In this document: piece after piece, positions 38,208 to 50,609 of the stretch
How positions within the stretch are numbered: position 1 is the stretch's first letter
Layout of the letters: every line of letters starts with the position of its first letter
NCBI GenBank assembly: GCA_976226885.1
Contig: OZ320319.1
Location: 3,720,001 to 3,784,000 of the forward strand
Length of the DNA stretch: 64,000 bases
From: Iphione sp. A-MEVVRFRX5
Lineage: Eukaryota
Direction: 5' to 3'
Notes under the pieces: generated by a model
Seen by the model: the letters and a program-made list of their open reading frames with translations, nothing else
Databases searched by the model: none
What the model was told of the DNA's origin: nothing
Program-made: the position numbers and the translations under genes

Positions 38208-38393
38208 GGGGAGAGAGAGGACAGACAGAGAGACTGACAGACAGACAGAGGAAGAAATACGAATAAATAAATAAATAAATAAATAAATTGCAAAGAAATA
38301 AAGAAATACCTCTCTAAGTTCCACCTCTCTACCTAAGAGTTCCACCTCTCTAATTTGAGATACCCCCCACAAGACTTCCTGGCTACGGGCCTG
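38068..38393. mobile_element. MITE, CAGGCCCGTAGCC TIR family
   Basis: caggcccataaccaagg ... cctggctacgggcctg. Confidence 0.7.
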
Positions 38394-39119
38394 TATAATT
38401 CATAGTCTCTCCCATGATTTGCTCTCATTAGGAGTTATCTATTTACCTATTGAAGCTTACTTTGGAAAATCTTGGGTCTCTATCTCCTTAATTGGTCTTC
38501 TCTGTGATGTAGTTAACTGGGTTCTAGTGGTTCTCAATTGTGTAAGTCTTCCAAACAGAGCTTGTGAGAATAAGCGAACCTGGAAAGTCAACCCAAATGA
38601 CCAACGTTATATAGTGATGGGGTGTGGAAATGTGACATCCCTCCCTCCCCCTCCCCTCACAAACCTAGACGGGAAACCTCATCCAGCCCCCCAGCCCCTC
38701 CTGGATAGCTGGCCTCGCGACAGACATGACAAGGGGTGCGATGATTATACACAATAATGCAGGGTACCAGTGTTATACACAGCAGGGCAGGACACCAGTG
38801 TAACAGCTGTGACAGCCTTGTATGGCCTTTATACGGGTTCTGCAAATAACGTACGTTCTTTCCTGGGGAAGAAGCGTAACGCATTCAACATTGAAATGCG
38901 TCGGCCACAGCTGGTCCCTTGTCGATGGTAGATAATGTATATTACTTTAATGCGTTCATATACGTACGTCCTTTTTTGTGCGTGCGTGTAACAGCGCAGT
39001 AAATGGCACATATGCAACGGGCACTGGTAAACGTGCGCAAATTTCACATCAAAACCAGAACTTTGTAAAACCTGACACTGTGTCACCTCTAAATGATGAC
39101 ATCTTCTAAGACTACAGGC

Positions 39120-39153
39120 CACGTGAAAGCGATGGTCACGTGAAGGTCACGTG
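39120..39153. promoter_or_regulatory. cluster of three CACGTG E-boxes upstream of a probable non-coding first exon (donor gtaagt at 39221)
   Basis: CACGTG at 39120, 39137 and 39148; two in the GTCACGTGA context. Confidence 0.55.
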
Positions 39154-39569
39154 AAAGCCTGGGTTGTCCACGACCCCCACACGGCCGGGGTAACAAGGGA
39201 GTTGCTAACAGCATGACATGGTAAGTACGCAAAAGGATTATTTGTAATTGACATACATGTAGGCCTACGTATTTCTTCTGTTGAAAGATCAGATGTGTAG
39301 GTCTATGTGTGAGTGGCGGTGTGTGTGCCTGTTTGTGTGTTTAGTAAGCCTAAAAAAGTAACCTGAGTAGTAGTAGGTGCACCTGATACCTCATAGACCA
39401 TAGACCTAAAAAGGTCTAAAAAAATGTTAATTCTGACTCCTTGGAGCTTGAGTGATGACTGACCAGTTGTATGACCTGAACTCTGTACCCATACCCCCTC
39501 TGGTAGGTCCCATTTTGTTCTATCTCAACACTAGGATACTTGGTATAAACTGGTTTCTCCCTGGGCTGG

Positions 39570-39731
39570 CAGGCCCGTAGCCAGAGCTAGGGTATTGCTA
39601 ACACCCCCCCCCCCCCCCACAAAGGCCAGTAGTTGCCTCTCTAGACTAGCCAGGAGTTCCACCTCTTTAACCAGGAGTTCTACCTCCATAATTTCCGATA
39701 CCCCCTAAGAAATTTTCTGGCTACAGGCCTG
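39570..39731. mobile_element. MITE, CAGGCCCGTAGCC TIR family
   Basis: caggcccgtagccag ... ctggctacaggcctg. Confidence 0.7.
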
Positions 39732-39952
39732 GCTAGTATCAACAATTATTCATACAGTGAAAAGCTCAAATTACTGCCTATTATTCTGTATCAAAACGTC
39801 ACATTCTAACCAAATCTTACCATGCGTTTCCCAAAAAAAAGATTCCCCACTTATCATCCTTGAGCATTTTTCCTCGAGAAGCTATTTTTACGTAAAATGT
39901 AAATATTTATATTACAGATTGCTTTTCACAATCAAGAAAGCACAAAGCCAAC

Positions 39953-41023
39953 ATGGAAAGCAACCACCTCAATTCGAGCGGTAGGCCTACACTTGATGAA
40001 GACAATTCCGTTCCGAAGAACGCCAGTGTCTTGTTTAGGGCAGCAAACAATGCCACCTCATCATCGACATCACTCGTCGTGCTGACGGAGACGCAGCAGG
40101 AAGTGCTGTTTATCGTCTGCATTATCGTGACGTATAGCATGTCGATGGTGATGCTTATCTTCGTTCTCACCAGGCGGCACTCGCAGCAGAAGCAGCGGAA
40201 CCACGCTCAAGTCTCGGGATTTCTCGCCGGCCTCGACGAGGCCCGACGGGACGCTGCGCGCGAGCAGGTGTTCAGGACCATTCTGCGCATGCCTGGAAAC
40301 TTCATCGGCAGCAGCATCCGGCCGACTGAGCGGGACCAGTACAACAGAGGGGTACGACGCCTGTCTTCCCTGGTACCCCCTCCCACCCCGACGCCGACGG
40401 TCAATTCCATGGCGTTTACTGACGTCACGTCTCTATCCCCTAGGATGACGTCATGGCATAGGTGTAGCTGCCCCCACGTGACGTACGCCGAGTCTTTCTC
40501 CGGGGAAGAAGCTGAAAGTAACGTTTTCATTAACGGCCCCCAGATGTCACTCCATGTCCTCCATCTCCAGCGGAGAGGAAGCGGAATGAGCAACACCTCC
40601 GCCACCTCGCGGACGGAAGAAATGACCGACGAATCTGACCTTCTGCTTCCAACGTCACTGCCTCTGAGTTTGACCCCTGCAGGAGGCGAGTTTCATCGCC
40701 GAGCAGGGAGGAGAAGTCCCACAAACTGTCTCACTGTGGGAAAATATCCCACCCGGCAGGGCCCAGCGTCCAGCCTCGGTCTCGGGGTGGTTGATAATAC
40801 ATTAAGGGGAGCAACTGGGGACTGTACAAACGACGAAACGAGCGCTGGGGAAGATAGACCGGTACCCAGCCCCTTGATTCATACAAAGGACGACTTTAAA
40901 GACAGGGCACCAGTCTGTGGTGAGGGTCCAGTGAGGATGACTGTTCCGGAGATTAGAATCGTTCTCTGCGATGATGAGGACCAGGAGAATTCTCCCGTGA
41001 CTACAGAGGAAAGCACCTGTTAG
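39953..41023 (+). CDS. uncharacterised 356-aa single-pass membrane protein, no signal peptide, long disordered cytoplasmic tail; KCNE/MRAP-like topology
   Basis: Long GC-rich ORF with aacATGg context; N-glycosylation sequons NSS, NAS, NAT precede one hydrophobic helix EVLFIVCIIVTYSMSMVMLIFVL followed by basic TRRH; acceptor ttacag at 39917. Confidence 0.85.
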   Translation: MESNHLNSSGRPTLDEDNSVPKNASVLFRAANNATSSSTSLVVLTETQQEVLFIVCIIVTYSMSMVMLIFVLTRRHSQQKQRNHAQVSGFLAGLDEARRDAAREQVFRTILRMPGNFIGSSIRPTERDQYNRGVRRLSSLVPPPTPTPTVNSMAFTDVTSLSPRMTSWHRCSCPHVTYAESFSGEEAESNVFINGPQMSLHVLHLQRRGSGMSNTSATSRTEEMTDESDLLLPTSLPLSLTPAGGEFHRRAGRRSPTNCLTVGKYPTRQGPASSLGLGVVDNTLRGATGDCTNDETSAGEDRPVPSPLIHTKDDFKDRAPVCGEGPVRMTVPEIRIVLCDDEDQENSPVTTEESTC

Positions 41024-41121
41024 GGACGACCTGGGGGTCTTTCTCAAACCGTCTATCAGAGACTTTCTAAATTGTACAAAAAATATTTCTTCTATAAGTG
41101 TTCCAATGGTAATTATATCTG

Positions 41122-41273
41122 CAGGCCTGTAGCTAAGGGGGTATCTAGTATCACCAGATACCCCCAACAAAAATTGATGCCTACAGGTATACATAGAGAT
41201 GGTTGCCTGCAGCTTCAGCTCTGGGGTCTGCGGGTATCCGATACCCCGCACAAATGTCCTGGCTACGGGCCTG
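41122..41273. mobile_element. MITE, CAGGCCCGTAGCC TIR family
   Basis: caggcctgtagct ... cctggctacgggcctg. Confidence 0.7.
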
Positions 41274-42527
41274 ATATGTTCCATAGGATGCATGCCAGTG
41301 AGGGCACTTTCAACCGTCGTCTGCAAGAAAGTGTACGTGTGTGTAGAATAAAGTTACCTGCTATTTTATGGGGAGAATAGAGTATGTACCTGTACGTGTG
41401 TAACCTAGGGCAGCATTGTAAAGTTCTCAAGCTGTATAGGAATCTTTTAAATGGGTTTGATTGATTTTCAGACGTGTAGAATTGCATTATGGAGACAATG
41501 GCCTAATTTCAATGTGCATGTGTTTTACAGACAGGGTACCATCTTTTCACAGTGCATTGTGGGAACTATGGATAATGCAAGGAGTAAATCCATGTGTGCC
41601 GGTACCATGTAACATGTTTTATGGCTGTGTTGCTGTGATTTTGGATTTGGATAGGTTCCCAAACTCCACACTAGTGCATATATGTTTTTGCTGTCTTTAT
41701 TGGGAACTGTGGTTAACACAAGGGTTGCTACAAGGGTCTATGCTAGTTCTATCTCTGCATCATTGGTTTGGATGAATAACATGGCGTAAACCTTTCACAG
41801 CGCCCCACAGTGTTCAAGCATGCTACATTGGTACATGGGCACATGGACATTAAGCCTATAACCGGAAGTATTTTGGTAGAACCAGGAGGGATTTTGGAAA
41901 TAAACATGAAGACAAACTTTATCGTCAAATTGATTTCTCCATTGCAAATACCATTTCGAAAATATACTCATTTAATACAGGTTGTTCGCACTTGAAAGTA
42001 CATGCGGGTATGCTGAAATTATATACCAGTACAATTTTTTTTTCAACTTTTTATTTCCACTGGATGTATCGTACAATAGCACAAGGGTCCAGTATCTTAC
42101 AACAATTCTTTCCAAATGAAATACGATGATGATGTAGGATAGCATATTATTACAGCATACTTCCTATCGTCGAGATAAGCAACTTTACTTGCTATTGTAA
42201 CACAGTACTAAAATGAGTTAAGAATATATGCATGAGAAAAGGGCGTACTGTGTTGTGTATAGTGTACAGATATACATGTTTAAGAAAGGCCTTTTACTGG
42301 AGACGCAGTTAAAATTTTCGATTGGCGTACGTGACGCCCAACTTGTAAACAGGTTGTTCCTTATCTTGTTAACGAAGTGACCATTACAATTAACGAGGTA
42401 TTATCAGTAGAGGCATGCGGTATTGTCGCTAGTTGGAGTCGACACAATGGGTGATCAATCGTGTGCTGTCCAACGAGACTTCCGCTGCTGATAGCGCGGC
42501 GGGCTTTGCATACTTTCGTAGCGTTGT

Positions 42528-42702
42528 TTACGTCACTGTTTGGTATATAAGGAGAGAGTTGCATGTCCTTGTTGGGACCCGCCAGAGACGACCGTGTAAC
42601 CTGTGATGCTGCTTCAGAAATAAAGGCCGGACGATTTGAAGAACCTGCTCGTGGTGTTCTTTGTTACACTATGTACCTATACGAGCTTGATGTTAGGTGA
42701 GT
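42528..42702 (+). promoter_or_regulatory. candidate TATA promoter and first exon of an unidentified transcript
   Basis: CRE-like TTACGTCA at 42528, TATATAA at 42544, CpG-rich upstream, ATG at 42671, strong donor AG|gtgagt at 42697. Confidence 0.4.
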
Positions 42703-43603
42703 AAGTGTTATGGAGTGTCATGGAGGTCAACTCTCTTACTTAGTACATGTTGTTTAGGTAACCTATGCTATTACCCTACCTGGTCTTGGCACTTGCCCGT
42801 CTTTTTGAATTTTACTTCTATGATTCATCAATGAAATTCGATTTAACAACACAGCAATGAGCATGTTTATGATTATCTGAGTGATTTGGTGTGATTTCTA
42901 CCCAATCCACCAGCGGCAATGCCACTTGGCCTTGTCACAACCAGCGGCATGGCCACTTGGTTGTACCTACTACCACAATATCAATTCCGATCCCTCCCTG
43001 CCCTCAGAGACTCATGGGACTTTCAAGGACATTTTGTAGGTCTTTCCTAGACCCCTGACGTATTTTCTAAATTTCTCTACTGTCATGTTAGTCACTACAT
43101 CGGGCAACCTATCCCATACTACCTTACATTAACCAGGTAAAAGTTATATCAAACTACATATAAATTCTCTTTCGCAAATACAAAGTTTTTTACGAACACA
43201 CTTGCTCGTTTAGACGATGCTCTAATTATTGAATGGATGTATGAATGTTAATTATTATCATCTCTGTACAATCGGTTTACAGTGTTTTTCATGATAATAT
43301 TTAATAAAACACATACAAATAAGAAAAGACACAGATTTGAATGTTACAGGTAAGTGATTATACATTGGATTCAAAGGTGCACAGCACTGTCCATCATCAG
43401 GACCACGTCACATAAGATACTTATCCATATAAATGATTTACACAGCCTTCAGATCAGTACATCACGGCAGGGTCTCAAGCAGGACATAGATCAGTTTTCA
43501 CTTCAATCTAACAAAAGTCGAATTCGACACATGAAGTATTACTCATGGTACATTTGTTCAGCAGAATAGGAAGTGGCTTCACGCCCATAGTGTCAAGAGT
43601 ATA

Positions 43604-43780
43604 CAGTGGAGTCTCTATTTACGACCACATCACTTTGCCACCATTCTCAATTTCAGACCAGCTGAGATGGGTACCAAAATATTGATTTGTATACATTTAA
43701 TACCCCATTTACGACCAAACTCACAAATAAGACCATTTTAGCCTGGTCCCAAGTGGTGGTCGTAAATAGAGACTCCACTG
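43604..43780. mobile_element. MITE with perfect 25-bp TIRs and TA target-site duplication (Tc1/mariner-type)
   Basis: ta|cagtggagtctctatttacgaccac ... gtggtcgtaaatagagactccactg|ta. Confidence 0.92.
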
Positions 43781-44117
43781 TAAATAAGCTGATAGAGCAG
43801 GTTACCACTCATAATGCAAACAGTTCTACATAGGATAACCCAGCATAGCAAGACACTCATTAAAGACACTCTGTTTGTGTACATGTTTATATAGTGGTAG
43901 GCTTTGTCTTCTACTGTCGATTGTAAATCATACGTATCTGATCAGTTCCATTTCATGTTATACTGGTTTATACGTGTATATTGATCCTCTCCAATTAGCA
44001 CAAATTGTATTCATCATTTTGGCACGCTAAGCACAACCTTTTGGGTTTGCGAGGGGTCCACCATTTGTGTGCTTTGAACAATAACAATAGTAACTCGTAA
44101 TACATGGAGCCGAGAAC

Positions 44118-44531
44118 ACAGGGGGGGTCAACTATTTTGGTGAAGCGTTAGTGATGATTTTAATTCTTCGCGAAATGTTATTCACTGTTCTTAAAATCAG
44201 GGCTGGGCACCCAAAGAAAAGTTGTCGCATTTTTTAACATCTGTGTGGCAAAAACTATTTCATTTTTCTAAAGTTTGAAGGTCTTATTCTGGAACATAAG
44301 TGTAGAGCAAAAGGGAGTTGTCGCATTTTTTAATGTCTTTGTCGCACATTTTTTGCGACATAGCGACAATTGCCCAGCCCTGAAAATGCGCGAAGCGTTA
44401 TGGGACATATCCTGGTGAAGCGCCATCAAAGAATTAATTCCACGTGAAGCGTTATTTGCCGATTCTTTAAGCGTTACAGACGGTCTGAATTCTTGGTGAT
44501 GCGTTATTGGGTACCTCCTGACTCCCCCTGT
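44118..44531. mobile_element. non-autonomous DNA transposon (TIR acagggggNgtca, apparent 6-bp TSD gagaac) containing a nested MITE
   Basis: gagaac|acagggggggtca ... tgactccccctgt|gagaac; a related right end lies at about 46960-47013. Confidence 0.75.
44198..44382. mobile_element. nested MITE, TIR cagggctgggca, apparent 5-bp TSD aaaat
   Basis: aaaat|cagggctgggca ... tgcccagccctg|aaaat. Confidence 0.8.
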
Positions 44532-45382
44532 GAGAACGGTTTAGGAAGCACAAGCTGAATGTAAACTAAGATCTTCAGTCGTCAGACCAAGGCTCAAAAG
44601 ATACACATTGCGTCTGTCTGTCGAACAAGTTTGATCTGCAAGGTCCATTGTCCTCCACCTTGGTTGTGACCTTAATGGAAAATCCCCAAAGCCTCAGATC
44701 TCTGAAGATATTTTTCACAGTCGACACCGAAATAATGGTTGCGTGATTAGGTTCGTGGGTTTTCTTTGGTCACATGTGAGAATGTGTATATAGCCACATA
44801 GAATGGTGGGTGCATGCGTGTGTAAGGAGGTTCGTGGGTTGGTCTGGTAGAATGTGTGTATGACCGCATAGAATGGTGGGTGCGTGGGTGCGTAAGTAGG
44901 TTCGTGGGTTCGTCTGGTGGCCAGACACGTAAGTGGAAGCGAATTCTCATTTTAGTCGACAAATATAGTTTAATCCGTCTGATGCTTTCCTATGTTCAGA
45001 TGATAGCCTATGGGGATTGTTTTAATATGATAGTTGTGCCTGGTATAATGCTTCCTGACTGAACCTATAACCAAGCATTACGGCTTATCAAACGTTACTC
45101 TATGTCGATCCAGGATGTGACTTCTCTCTTGAGGCTTCTCTCTTCACTATTTCAAAATAAGTATTCTGATTCTCCTCGAACAAATTGGAGATAATTTGCT
45201 TAATGAATCGTCTTGCTTGTGGGATGTGAACCTTTATTTTTTATCGCAAAGCTTGTAAAATTTGCAATTCAAATTCTTCATATTTTGGCAGGTTTTTAAA
45301 AGAAAACTTTGTGTCAATAAGTCATTCTTAACAAAATATAGAAATTTCATTACATTCCCATTAAACCCAGAACAATGTAATA

Positions 45383-45556
45383 CTGTGGAATCTCTATTTC
45401 CGACCACCACTTGGGGCCGACCCAAACTGGTTGGATGGGTGATTTGGTTGGAAATAGAGGAAACAGTATAGAAATCAAGCCTTTTGTTCCCATCATAAAT
45501 GGTCAGAAAAAGGATTTGGTTGGAAATAGGTGTGGTTGGAAATGGTGTTTCCACTG
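45383..45556. mobile_element. MITE, CAGTGGA TIR family
   Basis: ta|ctgtggaatctctatttccgaccac ... gtggttggaaatggtgtttccactg|ta. Confidence 0.7.
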
Positions 45557-47447
45557 TACAGTGAAGGTAGATTAGCTGTGTTAAGAGTGTAAAAGAGTGT
45601 TAAGAGTGTAAAATACTAAATATAACATCTGTGACCATTATGTAGCCTTTCCAGTGCTTCATAATGATATAAGAATAATAGATAAGATTGCCTCAGGTGA
45701 AGTCAGAGGTTAAATGAATAACCTTTAGGGTCAAAACCATGTAATCATTTATGAGAGTATATAGATATATGAGGGGAGAGCCAATTCGCTCACTTTAGAC
45801 TCACCAACCTATTGCCTATGCTGAATAAACTGAAGCCGAACAAGAGCCTACTTGATGCAGTCTATCCGTTACTTTGTTACAACAACAATGACGTGGCTTG
45901 ATGTTGTAATTGAAGAGATTTGGGAGATCAGAATTTTCAGAGAACTTATTATTCATTCCTACATGTAAAGACAATGCTCATTTAACCCGGATACAGCAGG
46001 AGACTTTGTATGCATTTGAGAGCTCTAAGGGGGTATTTCCATGTGTACAGGTTATATGGACCCGCACCGGGGGCTGGATAGTCCATACCACTATGTTCAA
46101 TGATGGTAGACACATGTACACAGGTTGTCCGGCCCCACATGTGGATCTTTGTAGACTGCTTCACATGGTGGTCAATCCAGACCTCCATACATATCCGTAC
46201 TGACCCATGGAAAGGACCCTTAATATGTTTAGATATATTGATGGAAAATTTCAAATGTAATTGATAAGGTATTCAGCTTTAGAGAGTTGGTATGGTACTG
46301 CAGATGGCAGTGGCAGTGTGTTTTCCTAACCCTCTCACCAGGGGGCTGGAGCGGTCCTCCCAATATAACTACAATGTACTGTCCTCCTATGGTTCACTGC
46401 CCGTTGCTGAATGCTTGGCACAACCGCTCCTGTAAAACAGTAAAATATTTTTACTATGTCAAAGAAAGCAGAGGACAAGACAGCCATCCTGGAGGTACAG
46501 AAATATATTTCTGAAATAACACAGTAAATGAAAAGCTCTGAAGCCCACATGGAATCAGCAGAGAACAATTTAATGAGCACATGCAGACACATACACACAT
46601 ATACATGTACATGTACATGTATTGACCTATCCAGTATTGCTACCACTGCATAGCTACGTTTGGTATGCACCACTTAGGCCTACTATTGCAATTAAAGACT
46701 ATGTATAACTGTGTAATTTTGAGTGAAAACTCTCCATGCTTAATTAGTGGTAAATTTTGCTTTATAAACTATATTACAAGTATATGATAAGGAAATAGAT
46801 GAGGATACCTTACGATTTTTAAGTGCATATCTATCAAACGTATCCCTAGTTTGTTTATAGCAAGCCTGGGAGTTCTCAAAGGAACACATGTATGTATTAA
46901 CTTCACCATTATCACACATTCTTCACCGAAGCGTTATCTAGCTATTATTTAAGTGTGATGAGTGTTTTCAATTCTTGGTGAAGCGTTATAGGGTACCCCC
47001 TGTCCCCCCTGTGATTTAATGGTAATAGTTTATATATATATGTAGGTAAAGCCCACACTGGTAGACTAGCCTCGACCCCCCATATATATATGTATGTTTG
47101 TATGTGCATACGTTTACAGCTCGTTCTCCCGATTCACACATATTTCATTGGCACACTCCCTGCACGTGGGGGGTCGCTGCGTCTCACTGAACGCCGACCA
47201 GACGCGGGCACACACCCAGTCTTTGAGACACCAGGAAACAACATATTTCATCAGAATCTCACTTCCTTATCAGGGAAGGAGGTCCTCCGATGTTTCAGTA
47301 CTGGATCCCACTCAAGCCGGGGGCACGCCCTGTCTATCCCGCTTGTAGATCTACAAACAAACTAAGGAAGTATCTGAGACTATTTAACTGACGGTCAACT
47401 TCGGATCAGACGCACTAAGTGCACTACGGATCGGTGGAGAAGACATT

Positions 47448-50400
47448 ATGGCGGCCTTCTTGGGAATTCTTCTGACCATCGTGGTGCTGGTGGCTGTCAG
47501 AGGTAAGCTAACACTTCTAATTTGGGTGAGAACTCTATACCATTCATTCTAGTCAACTTATGGCCATTAAAAGAGGTCATATGCTAGGGAGAGGTTGCTT
47601 AGTGTATATATTACGTATCAGTTAATCCCCAAACTATTCAACAATAGTTCTGAGGAGGTGACCACTGGGGAGAGATCTCTGTTAAGACAGTTATACTGTA
47701 CATACCTTCTAAAAAGGAGACAGTCCACTTCAATAACTACATGCATTTGCTGGTATGTATGTGTGTCTGTGTGTAAGGGACCACCTCTACCTCCTCCCAC
47801 TTTACAAATTTGTAGAGCTGGCTGATAGCACCAGCAGTTGTGGTGTCTGTGCTTGTGCATGTGTGTGTGTGTGTTACATAGCAGTCGCATATACACTTGA
47901 AGCCCCCCCCCCCCCAATACAGGCACCAGTAGGACTGATCAGAACTTACCTTATTGGTGACCTTATTTTAGAAAGTTTTTTTCCATGAAAGAGCACACTA
48001 AGTTCTCTTTTGAGTCTCACCGTATAAATTGGAAACCCAGTTAACTGCCAGACCATAAAGGAGACCTAACTAGGAGAGACCAAGATTTCAAAGTCCTAAA
48101 CTACCTTAAATAAGTGTACAGATGACAAATAATGCAAACTGTGCAAAGGACCAAAATTGATTAGCCCCTAGCTTAGTTGACTAGGTGAGTCTGCACTCTA
48201 TCTTAGCTTTATTACAGAGCTGACCTTATTACAGATCTGACCTTATTACAGAGCCAACCTTATCACAGAGCTGACCTTATTACAGAGCTGACCTTATCAC
48301 AGAGCTGCCCTTATTACAGAACCGACCTTAGTGCAGAGCTGACCTTATTACAGAGCTGGCTTTATCACACAGCTGACCTTATTACACAGCTGACCTTATT
48401 ACAGAGCTGGCTTTATCACACAGCTGACCTTATTACAGAGCTGCCCTTATTACAGAACTGACCTTAGTGCAGAGCTCACATAGGGAGGGTATTTACCATA
48501 TTTTCTAAGGAAAAGAAGAGACACTTAAATCACCACTTCAATAACTATTTACTTATCCATATAAATCTGTAAAGTATAATGGAGACCTAATCACTCATAA
48601 AATTTGGTATCTGATCACTAATAAAATTTGGTATCTGACAATGATAGTTTCACTAATGATAACTATCACTAATAGTAGTTTGATATCCCTAAAGTGTCCC
48701 TGCTAGAGGTATGTCCCTATTGGAGTCATGTCCCTGAGGTGACTTCTCCTGAACATAGTCCTCTAGCAGTTGTCTTCTGGAAATTAGAAACTGATTTTTA
48801 TGAATTATATCTTTTCTTTTAAGGAGAAGTATGCCAAGCACCTCTTGATCTGGCAGTTGTCCTGGATGAATCTGCTTCTATCAGCCCCAGTGATTGGGAG
48901 CTGATGAAAGACTTTACTGAGGCTCTTATTCGGGACATTTCAGTTGACTTTGATAGGGCTAGAGTCGCCCTGTTATCCTTTGACGATGAAGTTTCCATTA
49001 TCACTCAGTTAAACCAATACAATGAGGCTGATGGTGTCCTATCAGCATTGAGAAGTTATCCTCAAAGCAGTGGTGGAACAGATACGTATCTAGCCCTCAA
49101 TGTTCTCCATCAGATTACATTCACACCCCGTAATGGAGATCGTGATGGTATTCCCAACATTGGTAAGTTTCCATTATCACTCAAATAAACCAATACTATG
49201 AAACTGAGGTTGTCCTATTAGCATTGAGAAGTTATCCTCGAAGCAGTGGTGGAACAGACACTTATCTAGCCCTCAATGTTCTCCATCAGATTACATTCAT
49301 GCCCCGCAATGGAGATCGTGATGGTATTCCCTACATTGGTAAGTTTCCATTATCACTCAAATAATCCAATACAATGAAACTGAGCGTGTTGTCTTTATTA
49401 ATATTTTTGATAAATACTGAAAGCAAGAAATGTATATGGCAGTATCACTTCTACTGCTCAGAACTGGTCTCATATGAAAGCTAATCAAGGAACAAAATGA
49501 TGTAACGATATGTCTCTATAATTATTCATTCTGAAGTTATTTACAAAGCAAGAAACAATAAAGTCCTCCATTAGTAAAAAAAATCTAGGTCAGTCAGGTT
49601 ACCAGAAACACAAATATTTTTTCACTAGGCCATAAAGCCTTGGTAAAAACATCATTAAAATTTGATTTTATATGTTTTTGTGGTTATGCCATGGGATTCA
49701 TGTATTGATTCCTGGAGTCTTTATTATGACAACACACAGGCAGAAATTAACACTCTTCTTGATTGTAGTTAGAAAAATTGCTACAAAGCAATATGTTTTG
49801 TTTTTCTGACATCAAAATGAGTACTCACCCAATCTTTATTTAGTGACATTCTTCATATTTGTTTGGAAACTACGTAAAGATTATGCTGTTACATACTTTA
49901 TAGCTGCCCAGTGAAAGATAAATTGAAATCAAATCTAATGAAATACCATAAAACTGCATACCTTTCAAGTCCTTAATGGTGGTCATCCACTTTGATCTAC
50001 ACGGAATACCATAGTTGTATTTGCATGCAATACCAAAATATTGTGTACCTTTCACATCTTTAATAGTAGTCATCTATTTCTACTTACAGTGGTACTTGTT
50101 ACTGATGGCCACTCTTCTAATAGTACTAGAACTCTCCAAGAGGCTGCAATTCTTCATGGAATGTCAGACACTTATGTATTTGCAGTAGGAATTGGTTCTG
50201 TTGACCGTGCTGAAATCAATGGTAGGTGTATTTATATTAATAGTGTAGAATGGTTGTGTTGTATAAGTTATAATCTCGCTGTAAATATGTGAGCCGAGAC
50301 TGGCCAGTGTTGTATGTACAGAATGGGGGCAATAATCCCCCCACGTATGGGGGGAATAATCCCCTGGTATTGGTTGGGGCAGGCAGTAATCCCCCAGTAT

Positions 50401-50609
50401 TGCCACCTGTTAAAGACTGTAAATAAAGCCAAGTTATTGCTAAGAAATTAAGAACTGCTTGTTCATATTAAGTATTTGTAGAATTTATTTTACCACAGGG
50501 ATAGCATCAGATCCTGATACATATTTTGCACACGCCATTGAAGAGTTCAACTTCCTCGCATCCATTACCACCATTCTTGGACCTCGTATCTGTCAGGTCG
50601 GATTGTCAG
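47448..50609 (+). CDS. secreted von Willebrand factor type A domain protein (matrilin/collagen-VI-type vWA), 3' end unresolved
   Basis: Exons 47448-47502 (signal peptide MAAFLGILLTIVVLVAVRG), 48824-49162, 50090-50221, 50499-50609; phases consistent. MIDAS elements LDLAVVLDESAS (DxSxS), GGTDT, VVLVTDG; FAVGIG and IASDP motifs. Confidence 0.88.
48220..48480. repeat. 17-bp minisatellite (gctgaccttattacaga)
   Basis: About 15 copies in vWA intron 1. Confidence 0.95.
49163..49385 (+). pseudogene. 176-bp tandem copy of the vWA exon 2 3' half plus donor, and the start of a third copy
   Basis: cattggtaagtttccattatcactc at 49158 and 49334. Confidence 0.95.

Noticed and set aside
40207-41326. Minus-strand ORFs over the 356-aa gene; also plus-strand ORF 60420-60944 over LINE ORF1
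   Set aside because: Antisense shadows of real coding sequence.
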